Below, piece after piece: positions 50,423 through 60,354 of a DNA stretch of 64,000 bases; the first letter of the stretch is position 1, and each line of letters opens with the position of its first letter. The notes under the pieces were generated by a model. It saw only the letters and a list, made by a program, of their open reading frames with translations, did no database searches and was not told the DNA's origin. The stretch is from an uncultured Actinomycetota bacterium (GTDB taxonomy: Bacteria > Actinomycetota > Thermoleophilia > RBG-16-64-13): contig CAWDOM010000005.1 of assembly GCA_963803925.1 (NCBI GenBank), forward strand, positions 5,088 to 69,087, given 5' to 3'. The translations under genes and the position numbers were made by a program.

Positions 50423-51137
50423 CTAGACCCCGAGGTACGCCTTCTTGACGATGTCGTTGCGGGCCACGTCTCGCGGCCGGGCCCTCCAGAACGATGGACC
50501 CCACCTCCAACACGTACGCCCTGTCGCTCAGGGCAAGGGCCATGGTCGCGTTCTGCTCCACGAGGAGCACGCTCAGTCCTTGCCTGCGGATCATCGACGA
50601 TGATCTGCGCGACCATCTCGACCATGATCGGCGACAGACCCATGCTCGGCTCGTCCATGAGAAGCAGCTTCGGCTTGCCCATGAGCGCCCGGGCGACCGC
50701 CAGCATCTGCTGCTCGCCACCGCTCAGGCTTTCGGCCAACTGCTTGCCCCGTTCCTTGAGAACCGGGAAGTGGTCGTATATGTCGTCCAGGTCTCGCCGG
50801 ACCTCAGCCTTGTCCTTGCGGAGGTAGGCACCCATGCGCAGGTTGTCGGTGACCGTCATCGGGCCGAACACGATCCTGCCTTCGGGAACGTGACCGATGC
50901 CCTTCTTGACCAGCTGCGTGACCGGGAAGCCGATCTACGCGCTCGCCGTCGAACGGGATCTGACCCCCGATTCGATGTACTTGAGGGCGGAGATGCTTCG
51001 TGAGGAGCGTGGTCTTGCCCGCCCCATTCGCTCCGATGAGCGCGACTACCTCCCCCTCGGCCACGTTCAGGCTGATGCCTTTCGAGCGCCTGGGCCTTAC
51101 CGTAGTTGACCACCAGGTCCTTTATCTCAAGCAGCAT
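50423..51137 (-). pseudogene. branched-chain-amino-acid-type ABC transporter ATPase (LivF-like), multiple frameshifts
   Basis: Segments: MLLEIKDLVVNYGKAQAL; GEVVALIGANGAGKTTLL; RSISALKYIESG; QIPFDGERV; IGFPVTQLVKKGIGHVPEGRIVFGPMTVTDNLRMGAY; LSGGEQQMLAVARALMGKPKLLLMDEPS; ends ..VARNDIVKKAYLGV. Confidence 0.75.
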
Positions 51138-51905
51138 CGAAGGTCCCCTTGCCGAGGTAGGCGGCGCAGACTTCACGATCGTTGCACACCGTCTGGGCGT
51201 CTCCCTCGGCTATCTTCTCGCCGTAGTTCAGCACCACTATCCTGTCGCAGACGTCGATCACCACCCTCATGTGATGCTCCACGAGCATCACGGTGATGCC
51301 CCGCTCGCGGATCTTGCGGATGATCTGAACCATCACCTTCGATCTCCGTCGGGTTCATGCCGGTGACCGGCTCGTCGAGGAGCAGGAGGCGAGGATCGGC
51401 GGCGAGCGTGATGCCCACGCTCAGCAGCCGCTGGTGCCCGTGCGAGCAGGTTGGCCGCCAGTTCGTCCTTGAGATGGGTGAGCCGTACGAAGTCGAGAAT
51501 CTCCAGGGCCTCTGTCTTGAAGGCCGCCTCTTCGGCCCGCGCCGTCTTCGTGTAGAAGAAGCTTTTCGTGAGACCCACGGAGCGGTTGCGGTGGAAACCG
51601 ACGATGACGTTCTCGAGCGCCGAGATGTTGTCGAACAGCACTGAGTGCTGGAACAGCCGGGCGACACCGCGCTTCGCGACCGCAAATGCCGGCACGCCTA
51701 CCAGGCTGCTCCCCTCAAAGAGAATCTCGCCCGTGGTCGGCTTCTGAAAGCCGCTGATCATGGTGAAGACGGTGGACTTACCCGCTCCGTTGGGTCCGAT
51801 GAGTCCCATGATCTCGCCCTCATTGACGTCCATGTCAAGGTCTTTGACCGCGGATAGTCCGCCGAACCGCTTGGTAAGGCCCTTGGTTTCCAGGATCACG
51901 CTCAT
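51127..51905 (-). pseudogene. ABC transporter ATPase (LivG-like), 2-3 frameshifts
   Basis: Segments: MSVILETKGLTKRFGGLSAVKDLDMDVNEGEIMGLIGPNGAGKST; SHGHQRLLSVGITLAADPRLLLLDEPVTGMNP; GITVMLVEHHMRVV. Confidence 0.75.
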
Positions 51906-51908
51906 GAC

Positions 51909-52991
51909 TCAGACCCCGATTCCGGCCCGTTGGGGTCGACGGCCGTCTGCGCGCCATCCGTGCCGATCACAGTCGGTACGGGCGGCGGCCGGCGCTTTTC
52001 GTCGGAAGCGGAATCCGCAGGCCCTGGCGTATAGATCGGCGACGTCGGAGGCTTTGTGGCCCCGAAAGATCCCCATGATTCCTTGGGGAATGAAGATGAG
52101 GATGAGGATGATGATCGCGCCCGTGATCATCGGCTCGAAGCCCTTGGTAACCCTGAGCGCCTCGGGCACGACGGTCAACACTCCGGCCCCGATGATCGGG
52201 CCGAGTATCGGAGCGGCCACACCCCCCAGTATGGCGTACATCTGGATGTAGATGACCTTGAACGGCCCGTACGACTCCGGCATGATGTTGGTCGAGTAGT
52301 GGGCGAAGAAGATGCCCATCAACGCCGCCATCGCGGAGACGATCACGAAGCCGAGCAGCCGGTAGCGAAACGGATTGATGCCCACGGATTGAGCCAGGTC
52401 GTTGCTGAGGCCCATCGCCCGCCAGACCCGTCCCGTCCACGCCCGGTACAGGGCAAGGATCACCGAGACCACTATCACAGCGAAGACGAGCAGCAGGTAG
52501 TAGTACGACTGTGTCGACGCGAAGACGATGCGCGAGCCACCCGGCAGAGGGATCTCGCTGACGGGCGGGATGCGAATGAGGCCCACGTGCCCCCCGAAGA
52601 CCTTGAAGGTGCCGAAGATCAGCGGCACGATGAAGGCGAAGATCAGGCTGGGCATGATGAAGCCAAGCCCCGAATACCGGACGATTATCGCGCCAAAGAT
52701 CACGGCGACGCAGGCCGCGATGACGAGCGACGCGGGTAGCGCCACCCAGAAGTTGAGACCCAGCTTGAGGGTCAGCATCCCCGATGAGTACGCCCCTATC
52801 CCCCAGAACCCGGCTATGGACATGTTGAGCAGGCCGGCCCGCAACAGGACGATAAACGTCATCGCCAGGACGGCGTTCATCATTATCTGGATGAGAAGGT
52901 TCATATAGTAGTCGTTGCCGATGAACTGGGGCAGGGCCGCGACCACCAGGAACAACACGACCGCCGGTATCCACTTGATGCGTCTAGACAC
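51909..52991 (-). CDS. ABC permease (LivM-like)
   Basis: 360-aa polytopic ORF. The C-terminal ~50 aa are atypical and basic, so a terminal frame error is possible. Confidence 0.75.
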   Translation of the reverse strand: MSRRIKWIPAVVLFLVVAALPQFIGNDYYMNLLIQIMMNAVLAMTFIVLLRAGLLNMSIAGFWGIGAYSSGMLTLKLGLNFWVALPASLVIAACVAVIFGAIIVRYSGLGFIMPSLIFAFIVPLIFGTFKVFGGHVGLIRIPPVSEIPLPGGSRIVFASTQSYYYLLLVFAVIVVSVILALYRAWTGRVWRAMGLSNDLAQSVGINPFRYRLLGFVIVSAMAALMGIFFAHYSTNIMPESYGPFKVIYIQMYAILGGVAAPILGPIIGAGVLTVVPEALRVTKGFEPMITGAIIILILIFIPQGIMGIFRGHKASDVADLYARACGFRFRRKAPAAARTDCDRHGWRADGRRPQRAGIGV

Positions 52992-53868
52992 GCCCGATCT
53001 CCTCGATGTTCTTGCCCAAGATCCCGCCGGGCTTGAACAGCAGAATGATTAGAATGACCACGAAGAACAGGATCTGCGCCTGGCCGCTCCCGACGAAGTA
53101 CTGCCCGTAGCTCAGAACCATCCCAAAGACGAGCCCGCCGAGAATTGCGCCCACCATGCTTCCCACGCCACCTAGCATGACGACGAGCATGACCAGGAAC
53201 CCGTTCGATCCCATGCCGACTTCGACCCCGAAGATGGGCGCCATGATCCCCCCGGCAAACCCCGCTAGAGCGCAGCCGATGGTGACCGCGATGAGGAACA
53301 TGCGGTCGGCGTTGACTCCCTGGAGAGTCGCGACATCGGCCCTGAAGGAGACGGCGCGCATCGCCCGGCCGCTTCGGGTCTTTCGCAGCAGGACGTGCAG
53401 GGCCGCCAACACGGCGGCGCTGATTCCAATGACGACCGCCTTCTCGGTCGGGATCCGGACGCCGAGGACGTCTATCACCGACGAAAAGACGGTGGGCACG
53501 CTCCTCGAGGAGGTGCCGAACACGAGCAGAGCGGCTTGACCGAGGATCAGCATCAGTCCCACGCCGGCGATGATGTTCGTAAGGAATTGGTTCTTCCGGA
53601 ATTGCAGTGGCCGGAACACCAACAAATAGCTGAGGCCGCCGAGAATCGCGGCGGCGATGGTGGCGACCACGACCGCGGGGAAGTAGTTGACTTTGATCTC
53701 GACCTGCAGGTACCAGACGCTGAAAGCCCCGAGCATGTAGAAGGAGCCAAAAGCGATGAAGATGATATTGGGGACAGCCATCACCAGGTTGAAGCCCGAG
53801 GACATGAGCATGTACACGACACCCATGGATAGGCCATCAACGAAGAGCTGGATAAGGGTCCTTCCCAC
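52984..53868 (-). CDS. ABC permease (LivH-like)
   Basis: 294-aa polytopic ORF that overlaps livM-like by 8 nt. Confidence 0.8.
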   Translation of the reverse strand: MGRTLIQLFVDGLSMGVVYMLMSSGFNLVMAVPNIIFIAFGSFYMLGAFSVWYLQVEIKVNYFPAVVVATIAAAILGGLSYLLVFRPLQFRKNQFLTNIIAGVGLMLILGQAALLVFGTSSRSVPTVFSSVIDVLGVRIPTEKAVVIGISAAVLAALHVLLRKTRSGRAMRAVSFRADVATLQGVNADRMFLIAVTIGCALAGFAGGIMAPIFGVEVGMGSNGFLVMLVVMLGGVGSMVGAILGGLVFGMVLSYGQYFVGSGQAQILFFVVILIILLFKPGGILGKNIEEIGRV

Positions 53869-53963
53869 AGGCGTCTACCTCCCGGGCATGCTGCCGACGA
53901 CTAACGTGGCGTTTGAAGCTGGAGCCCGGAAGGTAGGCATCTTCCGGGCTCCAGCGGCGGCTG

Positions 53964-55309
53964 TTAGGCCCAGCCGAAGGTCTTCTTGTTGAATTCGAAC
54001 GCCTGGTCGAGAGAAACCTCGTCCACGACCTTCCATTCGCCGTTCTCGACGATGCCCATGGTCGCTCCAAAGAGCGAGTCGACGCACTGAGCGTTCCCCA
54101 GGTCGGGCCGGGGGACCATCCGGCAGACGCCGTACGCGCCTTCGAACTCGAGGCCACCGTGGATGAGATCGGCGACCTTGGTAGCCTCGAGCGTGCCTGC
54201 CTTCTGCAGCGCCGCCTTCAGCAGATACCAGCTGCTCACGTGCAGCACGGCCGGAAAGTCCCATTTTCCCTGCGCAGCCGTATAGAGATCCTTCAGCTTC
54301 TTGGCTTCGGCGGGCGGGTTCGGCAGGTCCTGCTGGCCCCAGCACGAGGCAATGCCCTCATGGTTCTCGATCGGCACGACCAGCGTCGCCGAACCGGGCG
54401 AGAATCCGACCGTGATCCACTTGGGACCGGTGAAGCCTGCCTGGCGCATCGCCTTGAAGAGCTGGCCGTCGGAGACGGGACCGCCGGCGCAGGTTGAGAA
54501 CGTTTCGCCGCCGGAATCGACCAGCGTGGTCGCGATAGCGCTGAAGTCGGTCGTGCCGCCCGGGTAGAGGACTTCCTTCACCACTTCCTGGCCCCAGGCC
54601 TTCGCCAGCATCACGACCTTCTTGGCTTCCTCGTTGCCCTGCAGGTTGTCGGGATGCGAGGCCATGACCTTCTTGATGTTGGGCCATTTCTGCGTGCACC
54701 AGCCCCAGATGACGGCGGGCTGCAGGTTCAGGTAGCCGGCGTTGAAGGTGAGCTTGTTGACCGGCTTGAGAATCTCGGGCGAGGGACTGACGCTGACGAC
54801 GAGCTTGCCGGCCTGCTCGGTGAGCGGCTGCCAGTAGTCGGTGCTCTCGTCGCCCATTATGAACTCGACTTTGTCTTCATTGAGAAGCCGCTGAACCGCC
54901 GAGCGGCTGGTCTCCGAATCGCGCTTGCCGTCATACATGATGACGTTGACCTCGTAGGCCTTGTCACCAACCTTGAGACCTCCGCTTCGCGTTGAGGTCG
55001 GGCATGTAGGCCTCGATCTGATGCTGCCACATGACGTGCAGCGGAAAGGAATAGTCGAGGACCATGCCGATTTTGAGCTTCTCCATGCCGGCGCGCCACC
55101 GACGTGGTCGCGCCACCCGCGGTCGTGGTGGGGCCGGAGGCCGTGGTGCTGGACCCTGTCTCGTCGCCACAGGCAGCCAGAACCCCGCCCAGCCCGCCGG
55201 CGAGCCCGATGGCCGCGCCCGCCGCGCCGGCGATTTTGAGGAACTCACGCCGACTTACCGATCTGCTCTCGTTCTCTTCACTCAGCTTGCGATCTGGTGT
55301 CTCGTTCAT
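53964..55309 (-). pseudogene. LivK-type substrate-binding lipoprotein with Tat-type signal, frameshifted near the N-terminus
   Basis: MNETPDRKLSEENESRSVSRREFLKIAGAAGAAIGLAGGLGGVLAAC; then GMEKLKIGMVLDYSFPLHVMWQHQIEAYMPDLNAK; then ORF 53964..54938. Confidence 0.75.
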
Positions 55310-55401
55310 CACATCTCCCCTTGGTTCGGCCCTTCACCTTGTCCAATCGGTAGTGCAGTTGCCCACGTCCGCTCAACCATTCGTCACCCCCGACATCTGA
55401 A

Positions 55402-56507
55402 CTAGTCCTTCCTGTACTTGGGCGGTATCCATGTGTCGGTCTTGTCGGCTTCGGGAACCGATTCGAGCCAGTGAATGCCCCAGTGGTCCGGGCGGCCGCT
55501 CATGAACATGCGGTCGTGCGGCACAGGCAGGTTCCAGAGCCTCACGGCATTGCCGCCGAGGATCAGGTTGATCTCGTCCTGCGTGATGTAGTCGCGCAGC
55601 TTGTCGATCTGATGAAGCTCCCATCCCCACCAATCGGCCTGGTAGGTCGGCACCTTCGGCCAATAGTGCATCGCGGTGGTGAAGCTCGACGGATCGCCTC
55701 CCGGGTTCGCGACTATGTACTGCGGCACGTGCCCATAATCGGCGCCCCAGATGAGACTGGCTGATCAGGGTGTTCGGGTCTTTCAGCGCGTAGAGGTAGT
55801 ACTCTGCCGGCCAGTTGCCGGTCTCCAGGTAGATGTTCCTGCCCGACGCGACGGCCAGCGCCTTGCGAATGAGCGGGGCGCCCTGGATGTACCCGCCGAT
55901 CGAGTAGCCGCCGTGGCATAGAACGATCGGCACCTCGGGATACTCGCGCGAGATGCGGGCGAGAAGCTGGTAGGGGTCCCAGTAGTACGGCATGGTGAAG
56001 TCGTGAAAGTCGACGGTCACCCCGTACTTCTCGGCCAGTTCCATGAACACCCGGTATTCGCCCAGCCGTTCCTCGAACGTGTACATCTTCTTGGGATCCC
56101 AGTCCATCGGGATGAACTCGCCGATGCCGATGAACATGCCCGTCTTCAGCGCGTCTTCGACTTCCTGGGCGGCGGCGTCCAGGGACCAGGTCGCTTCGCC
56201 CCTGGCGATCTTGAGCTTAGTGGTCTGGTCGGCGCAGAAGGCCCTGAACTTGTCGGGGTACTTCCTGACCAGGTCGGCCTGATACTCGTTTGTGGTGCCC
56301 TGCATGCTCGGCTTGAGCAGGCACATGTCGACGCCGTATCGCTCCATGTCGTAGAGCGTCAGCGGGGAGTTGTCGTAGTGCACCACTTCTCCCGCGTCCG
56401 GCGTCATGGGCAGATCCGGTCCAGTCGTCTCCGGCATCGCCCTTGGGCTTGTACAAGGTGGTGATGTGAGCGTGGGTCTCAACCACGAAACGGCCTGCAG
56501 CTCTCAT
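55402..56507 (-). pseudogene. Amidohydro_2 paralogue 3, 2 frameshifts
   Basis: GAAGGAGGA upstream of the ATG at 56507 gives MRAAGRFVVETHAHITTLYKPKG. Then ORF 55373..56482 (YDMERYGVDMCLLKPS...GIGEFIP...IYLETGNW) and ORF 55402..55728. Confidence 0.8.
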
Positions 56508-56586
56508 ATGGCCCGTCCTCCTTCTCGAATCGTCCGGCCTCGTCGAATGCTGCTTCTGGGTGAACAACCCGGCGGCTTTGGAGCTA

Positions 56587-56615
56587 CAGTGCGTCGCGAC
56601 ATTCGCGACAGACTG
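56587..56615. promoter_or_regulatory. imperfect inverted repeat in the divergent promoter; candidate IclR operator
   Basis: CAGTGCGTCGC-N7-GCGACAGACTG (9/11), containing the palindrome GTCGCGAC. Confidence 0.25.
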
Positions 56616-56710
56616 TTTGAATGGTGATACGATAACCACCTGAGAGTGAGAAGTCAAACTGCGTGTGATACTTGCCGGGACGGATCATCGGAGGGACTTG
56701 AGAGGGCGGT

Positions 56711-57548
56711 TTGGCGAAGATGGCGACAGCTGATGACGAGCAAGTAGATTCCGCGAGGGGTACGCAATTGGTCCAGTCTCTGTCGCGGGGGCTGGGCATT
56801 CTCAGTCAGTTCACGGCCGAATCGCGCAGTCTCAGCCTACCTGATCTTGCGCGTCGCACGGGCCTTCATCGGGCGACCGCGTACCGCTTCATCCGCACCC
56901 TTGAGGTCGAAGGCTTCGTCACCTATGACCCCGACTCGGCCCTCTACAGCGTCGGACCGGCCTGGGCGGCCGCCCTCTACTCACTGGGCAGCGAGACTGC
57001 CCTGACCGAGATTCTGAACAGCGACATGCAGGCGCTATCTGAGGCTCTCAGCGAGACGTGCACCCTGTCGGTGAGACGGGGCGATCAGGTTCAGATAATC
57101 AATGTCATCGACTCGTCGAGGCTCTTTCGCCCCCGGCTGCCGAACAGCTCGCTGGTGGCGCTAAATGAGTTTTGGAACGTGAATTCTAAGATCCACCTGG
57201 CGTTCGCCAGCGAAGATACGCGCCGGCGCATGCTCGCGATTCCGGCCGTCAGGTACACCCAAAACACGCTGACAGACCGAAAGGCCATCGCGGCGTGCCT
57301 GGACAGGGTCGCCACCGACCGAGTCGCGTGTGACTGCGAGGAGCACGACCTGGAGGTCTGCGCGATCGCTGTACCGGTCTTCGAGAAGGGCAACGTGGCG
57401 CTTGCCCTCGGGGTTGTGACCCCTGTCGATCGGTTCGGCCGAGAGCGATGTCAAACGGTTCAAGCGAGAGCTGGCTGCGGCCGCCGAGGCGATGGGAGCC
57501 CGGCTGGAAAAGGCCGCGTACGCTTGGAGGGAAGCCGTAGTCAAATAG
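56711..57548 (+). pseudogene. IclR-family regulator; frameshift in the last ~40 codons
   Basis: LVQSLSRGLGILSQF...LSLPDLARRTGLHRATAYRFIRTLEVEGFV. The corrected tail ...ESDVKRFKRELAAAAEAMGARLEKAAYAWREAVVK ends at the TAG at 57546-57548. Start is TTG 56711 or ATG 56720. Confidence 0.8.
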
Positions 57549-57560
57549 GAGGACCGAGCC

Positions 57561-59559
57561 ATGCCAGGGACCAGACGGGCGGCAAGCGCGCGGTCATGGC
57601 CATACCCTACTGAGTACGGGCAGGAGACGAGGACGACGTATGACGTCCTCGTGATAGGAGGCGGCATCGCCGGATGCCACGCCGCGATCAAGCGCAGCTC
57701 GGCGGGGAGCGCGGGTGGCCATCCTCGACAAGGGCGCCGTAATCCGTAGCGGGTCCGGAGGCGGAGGAGTCGATCACTGGCACGCTGCCTGCCTCAATCC
57801 ATGTAGCCACGTGACGCCCGAGGATCTAGTTCAAGTGGTGCAGAAGACGCCGTACCGGCAGACGACCGAGTACGGCAACGCCATCACATGCTACATCCTC
57901 GCCAAGGAGAGCTATGACACCCTGCTCGACCTTGAGCGTATGGGGGTGACCGTCCGAGATGTCGACGACGAGTTCGTCGGCTCCGACTTTCGCGACGAGG
58001 AAACAAAGCTCCTCTTCGCTTACGACTACGAGGGGCAGGCATTGCATCCGGGTGCAGGGTTGGGAGGTGAAGCCGGCGCTTCATCGAGAATTGAAGCGGC
58101 TGAAGGTCGACGTCTACGATCGCGTGATGGGAACGAGGCTGCTAACGGAAGACGGCGCGCAGGGCGGGCGAGTAGTGGGCGCCACCGGGCTAAACGTCCG
58201 TACCGGCAGGTTCTACACCTTCCTGGCCGGGTCGACCGTGCTGGCGACTGCCCGGCCGTTCCGCTTGTGGGTCTTCTCGACAGAACTGCAGGGCCTCGCG
58301 TCCAGCTTCTTCGATCCCAACTGCGCCGGCGACGGCTGCGCCATGGCCTGGAAGGCCGGCGCTGCACTCACGCTTCTCGAGCAGAGCTTCCCGTTCGGCG
58401 GAGCCTTCCGCCACGTCCCCTACGGCACCGGCAACGCGCACAACTCCTGGTACGCGTGCAACATCGTCGACAGCAAGGGTCGGGAGGTGCCGTGGGTCGA
58501 CCGCGACGGCCGGCCCCTGCACAGCTCGCTGAGCGCTACCGGCCCGCGCCCGGGCAGAAGTTCTTCCTGTCGTGCCCCGGCGTACCCCATGACTATCCAG
58601 GGCCCGCGGCTGATCCCCGACCTGCCTCAGCGCATACGAAAGGGCGAGTTCGAGCTTCCCCTCTACGCCGACCTGCCCAGCATGCCGCCCGACGAGCGGC
58701 GCGTGATCTGCGGACTCGATGCTCGCCCACGAGGGCAACACTAGGATCGCCGATCTACCAGGTGTACGGCCAGGCCGGCTTCGACCCCGACAAGGACATG
58801 CTGCAGGCGAACATGCTGCTCTCCAGACGGGTACATCTTCCTCCCTGGTGGGCGACAGTGCCTGCCGCCCGCTCAATGGCGAGAGGTCGGCCTGCTGACC
58901 AACGGGGGCGGCGTGGTCTTCGATTGGGACCTGCGGACAACCCTGCCCGGGCTGTACGCTGCGGGCGAGCAGCTGGCCTGCGGCGCGAACCACGCGGCTT
59001 CGGCAACAACCGGCCGCTACGCGGGTCGGAAGGCGGCGGAGAGCGCCGCGCTGGCGCCCCGCCCCGAGGCGAGTGAGGAGCAGATCGAAGCGGAGAAGCG
59101 CCGAGTGTTCGCGCCCATCGGGCGCTCGGGACGGTTCGGTTGGAAAGAGGTTCAGGCTGGTCTCTGCCGCATCATGCAGGACTACTGCGGCGAATACCGC
59201 AGCAAGGAGACGCTCGAGGTGGGGCTGCGAGTGGCTGGAAAGCATCGAGAAGAGCGAACTTGCCTCCGTCGGGGCCCGCAACCCGCACGAACTGATGCGC
59301 ACGCTCGAAGTCGGCGTGCGGCTCGAAGTAGGACGGGCGATGATACATGCCTCACTCGCGCGCCGGGCCAGTAGCCAGGCCCTGGGTTTCAAGAGAATCG
59401 ACTACCCGGAGCTCGATCCGCCCGATTGGGACAAGCTGGTCACAATTCGAAGCGAAGGCGGCGAAGTGGTCACGGGCGACCTGGATTGCGACTACCCACT
59501 GCTTGCCCCCCTTCGCCCCCGACTGTGAGCAGAACTACCAGGCGCACTGCGCCCTCTAA
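57561..59559 (+). pseudogene. FAD flavoprotein of the fumarate-reductase / APS-reductase-alpha (AprA-like) superfamily, many frameshifts
   Basis: AGGAGG upstream. Segments: YDVLVIGGGIAGCHAAIK; AILDKGAVIRSGSGGGGVDHWH; RVVGATGLNVRTGRFYTFLAGSTVLATA; NCAGDGCAMAWKAGA; LPGLYAAGEQLACGANHAASATTGRYAG; FKRIDYPELDPPDW. The probable end is ..APFAPDCEQNYQAHCAL at 59559 after correcting a C-run. Confidence 0.65.
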
Positions 59560-59574
59560 GGAGGCGAGCCGGCC

Positions 59575-59913
59575 ATGGACGCCCGGATGACGAGCAACCC
59601 CGAGACTCCCTGCCAGGCGATCACCTTCGACCCGGCGCTTTGCACCGGCTGCAACACCTGCGCCGACGTCTGTCGTTCGGACGTGATGGTACCAAGCGAG
59701 ATCAAGGGCGAGCCACCTATCCTTCTCTACCCCGACGAATGCTGGTTCTGCGGCTGCTGCGTCGGCCACTGTCCGACACCCGGGGCGATCTCGATGAACC
59801 ACCCTCTCAGCCAACGGGCGGCCTGGAAGAGAAAGGACACCGGGGAGCTATTCCGCATCGGCATGAAGAACCCACCGGCGCCGCATACGCGTCCGCCGGT
59901 CGGCGGTTGGTGA
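59575..59913 (+). CDS. 2x[4Fe-4S] ferredoxin with C-terminal extension (AprB-like)
   Basis: AAGGAGG upstream. Motifs: CTGCNTCADVCRSDVM and CWFCGCCVGHCP. Tail: WKRKDTGELFRIGMKNPP. Confidence 0.7.
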   Translation: MDARMTSNPETPCQAITFDPALCTGCNTCADVCRSDVMVPSEIKGEPPILLYPDECWFCGCCVGHCPTPGAISMNHPLSQRAAWKRKDTGELFRIGMKNPPAPHTRPPVGGW

Positions 59914-59976
59914 TGTTCGGCCATTCAAGTTGGATCGAAACAGCACGTGAGAGGTACGGAGCGAGGAGGCGTTGAG

Positions 59977-60341
59977 ATGGCGGGCAAGCTCTGCAGAGTG
60001 ACCAAGGACAGCCCCTGGCTGACCGAGATCCCCAACCACGAAGGCTATCGCCTGACCCCCATGGTGAGTCCGGAACTGTGCCCAGGCGCGCAGATCGAGT
60101 TCTACGTCGGAGAGTTCAACCCCGACGGAGGCAGGGCGCTCGACCACGTCCACGACGCGAAGATCAACGTCTTCTACGTGATGTCAGGACGGGCCACCGC
60201 CAGGGTGGGTGACGAGAGTTCACAGCCTCGAGCCGGGCGACGCCCTATGGGTGCCGAAGGGCGAGACCCACGATTTCAACGTCGTGGGAGGCAGAGACCT
60301 TCCGGGTGATAGCTATCTTCGCGCCGGCGCGCGCGACCTGA
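59977..60341 (+). pseudogene. cupin-domain protein, 2 frameshifts
   Basis: GAGGAGG upstream of the ATG at 59977. Segments: ...ALDHVHDAKINVFYVMSGRATARVGDE / VHSLEPGDALWVPKGETHDFNVVGG / ETFRVIAIFAPARAT. Confidence 0.6.
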
Positions 60342-60354
60342 AAGGAGAGAGTCC

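Noticed and set aside
49801-50871. 356-aa ORF that looks like a LivF-amidohydrolase fusion protein
   Set aside because: The LivF-like part leaves its true frame before the real stop (TAG at 50423-50425) and reads through the intergenic RBS into the amidohydrolase frame. It is an artefact of a frameshift, not a fusion.
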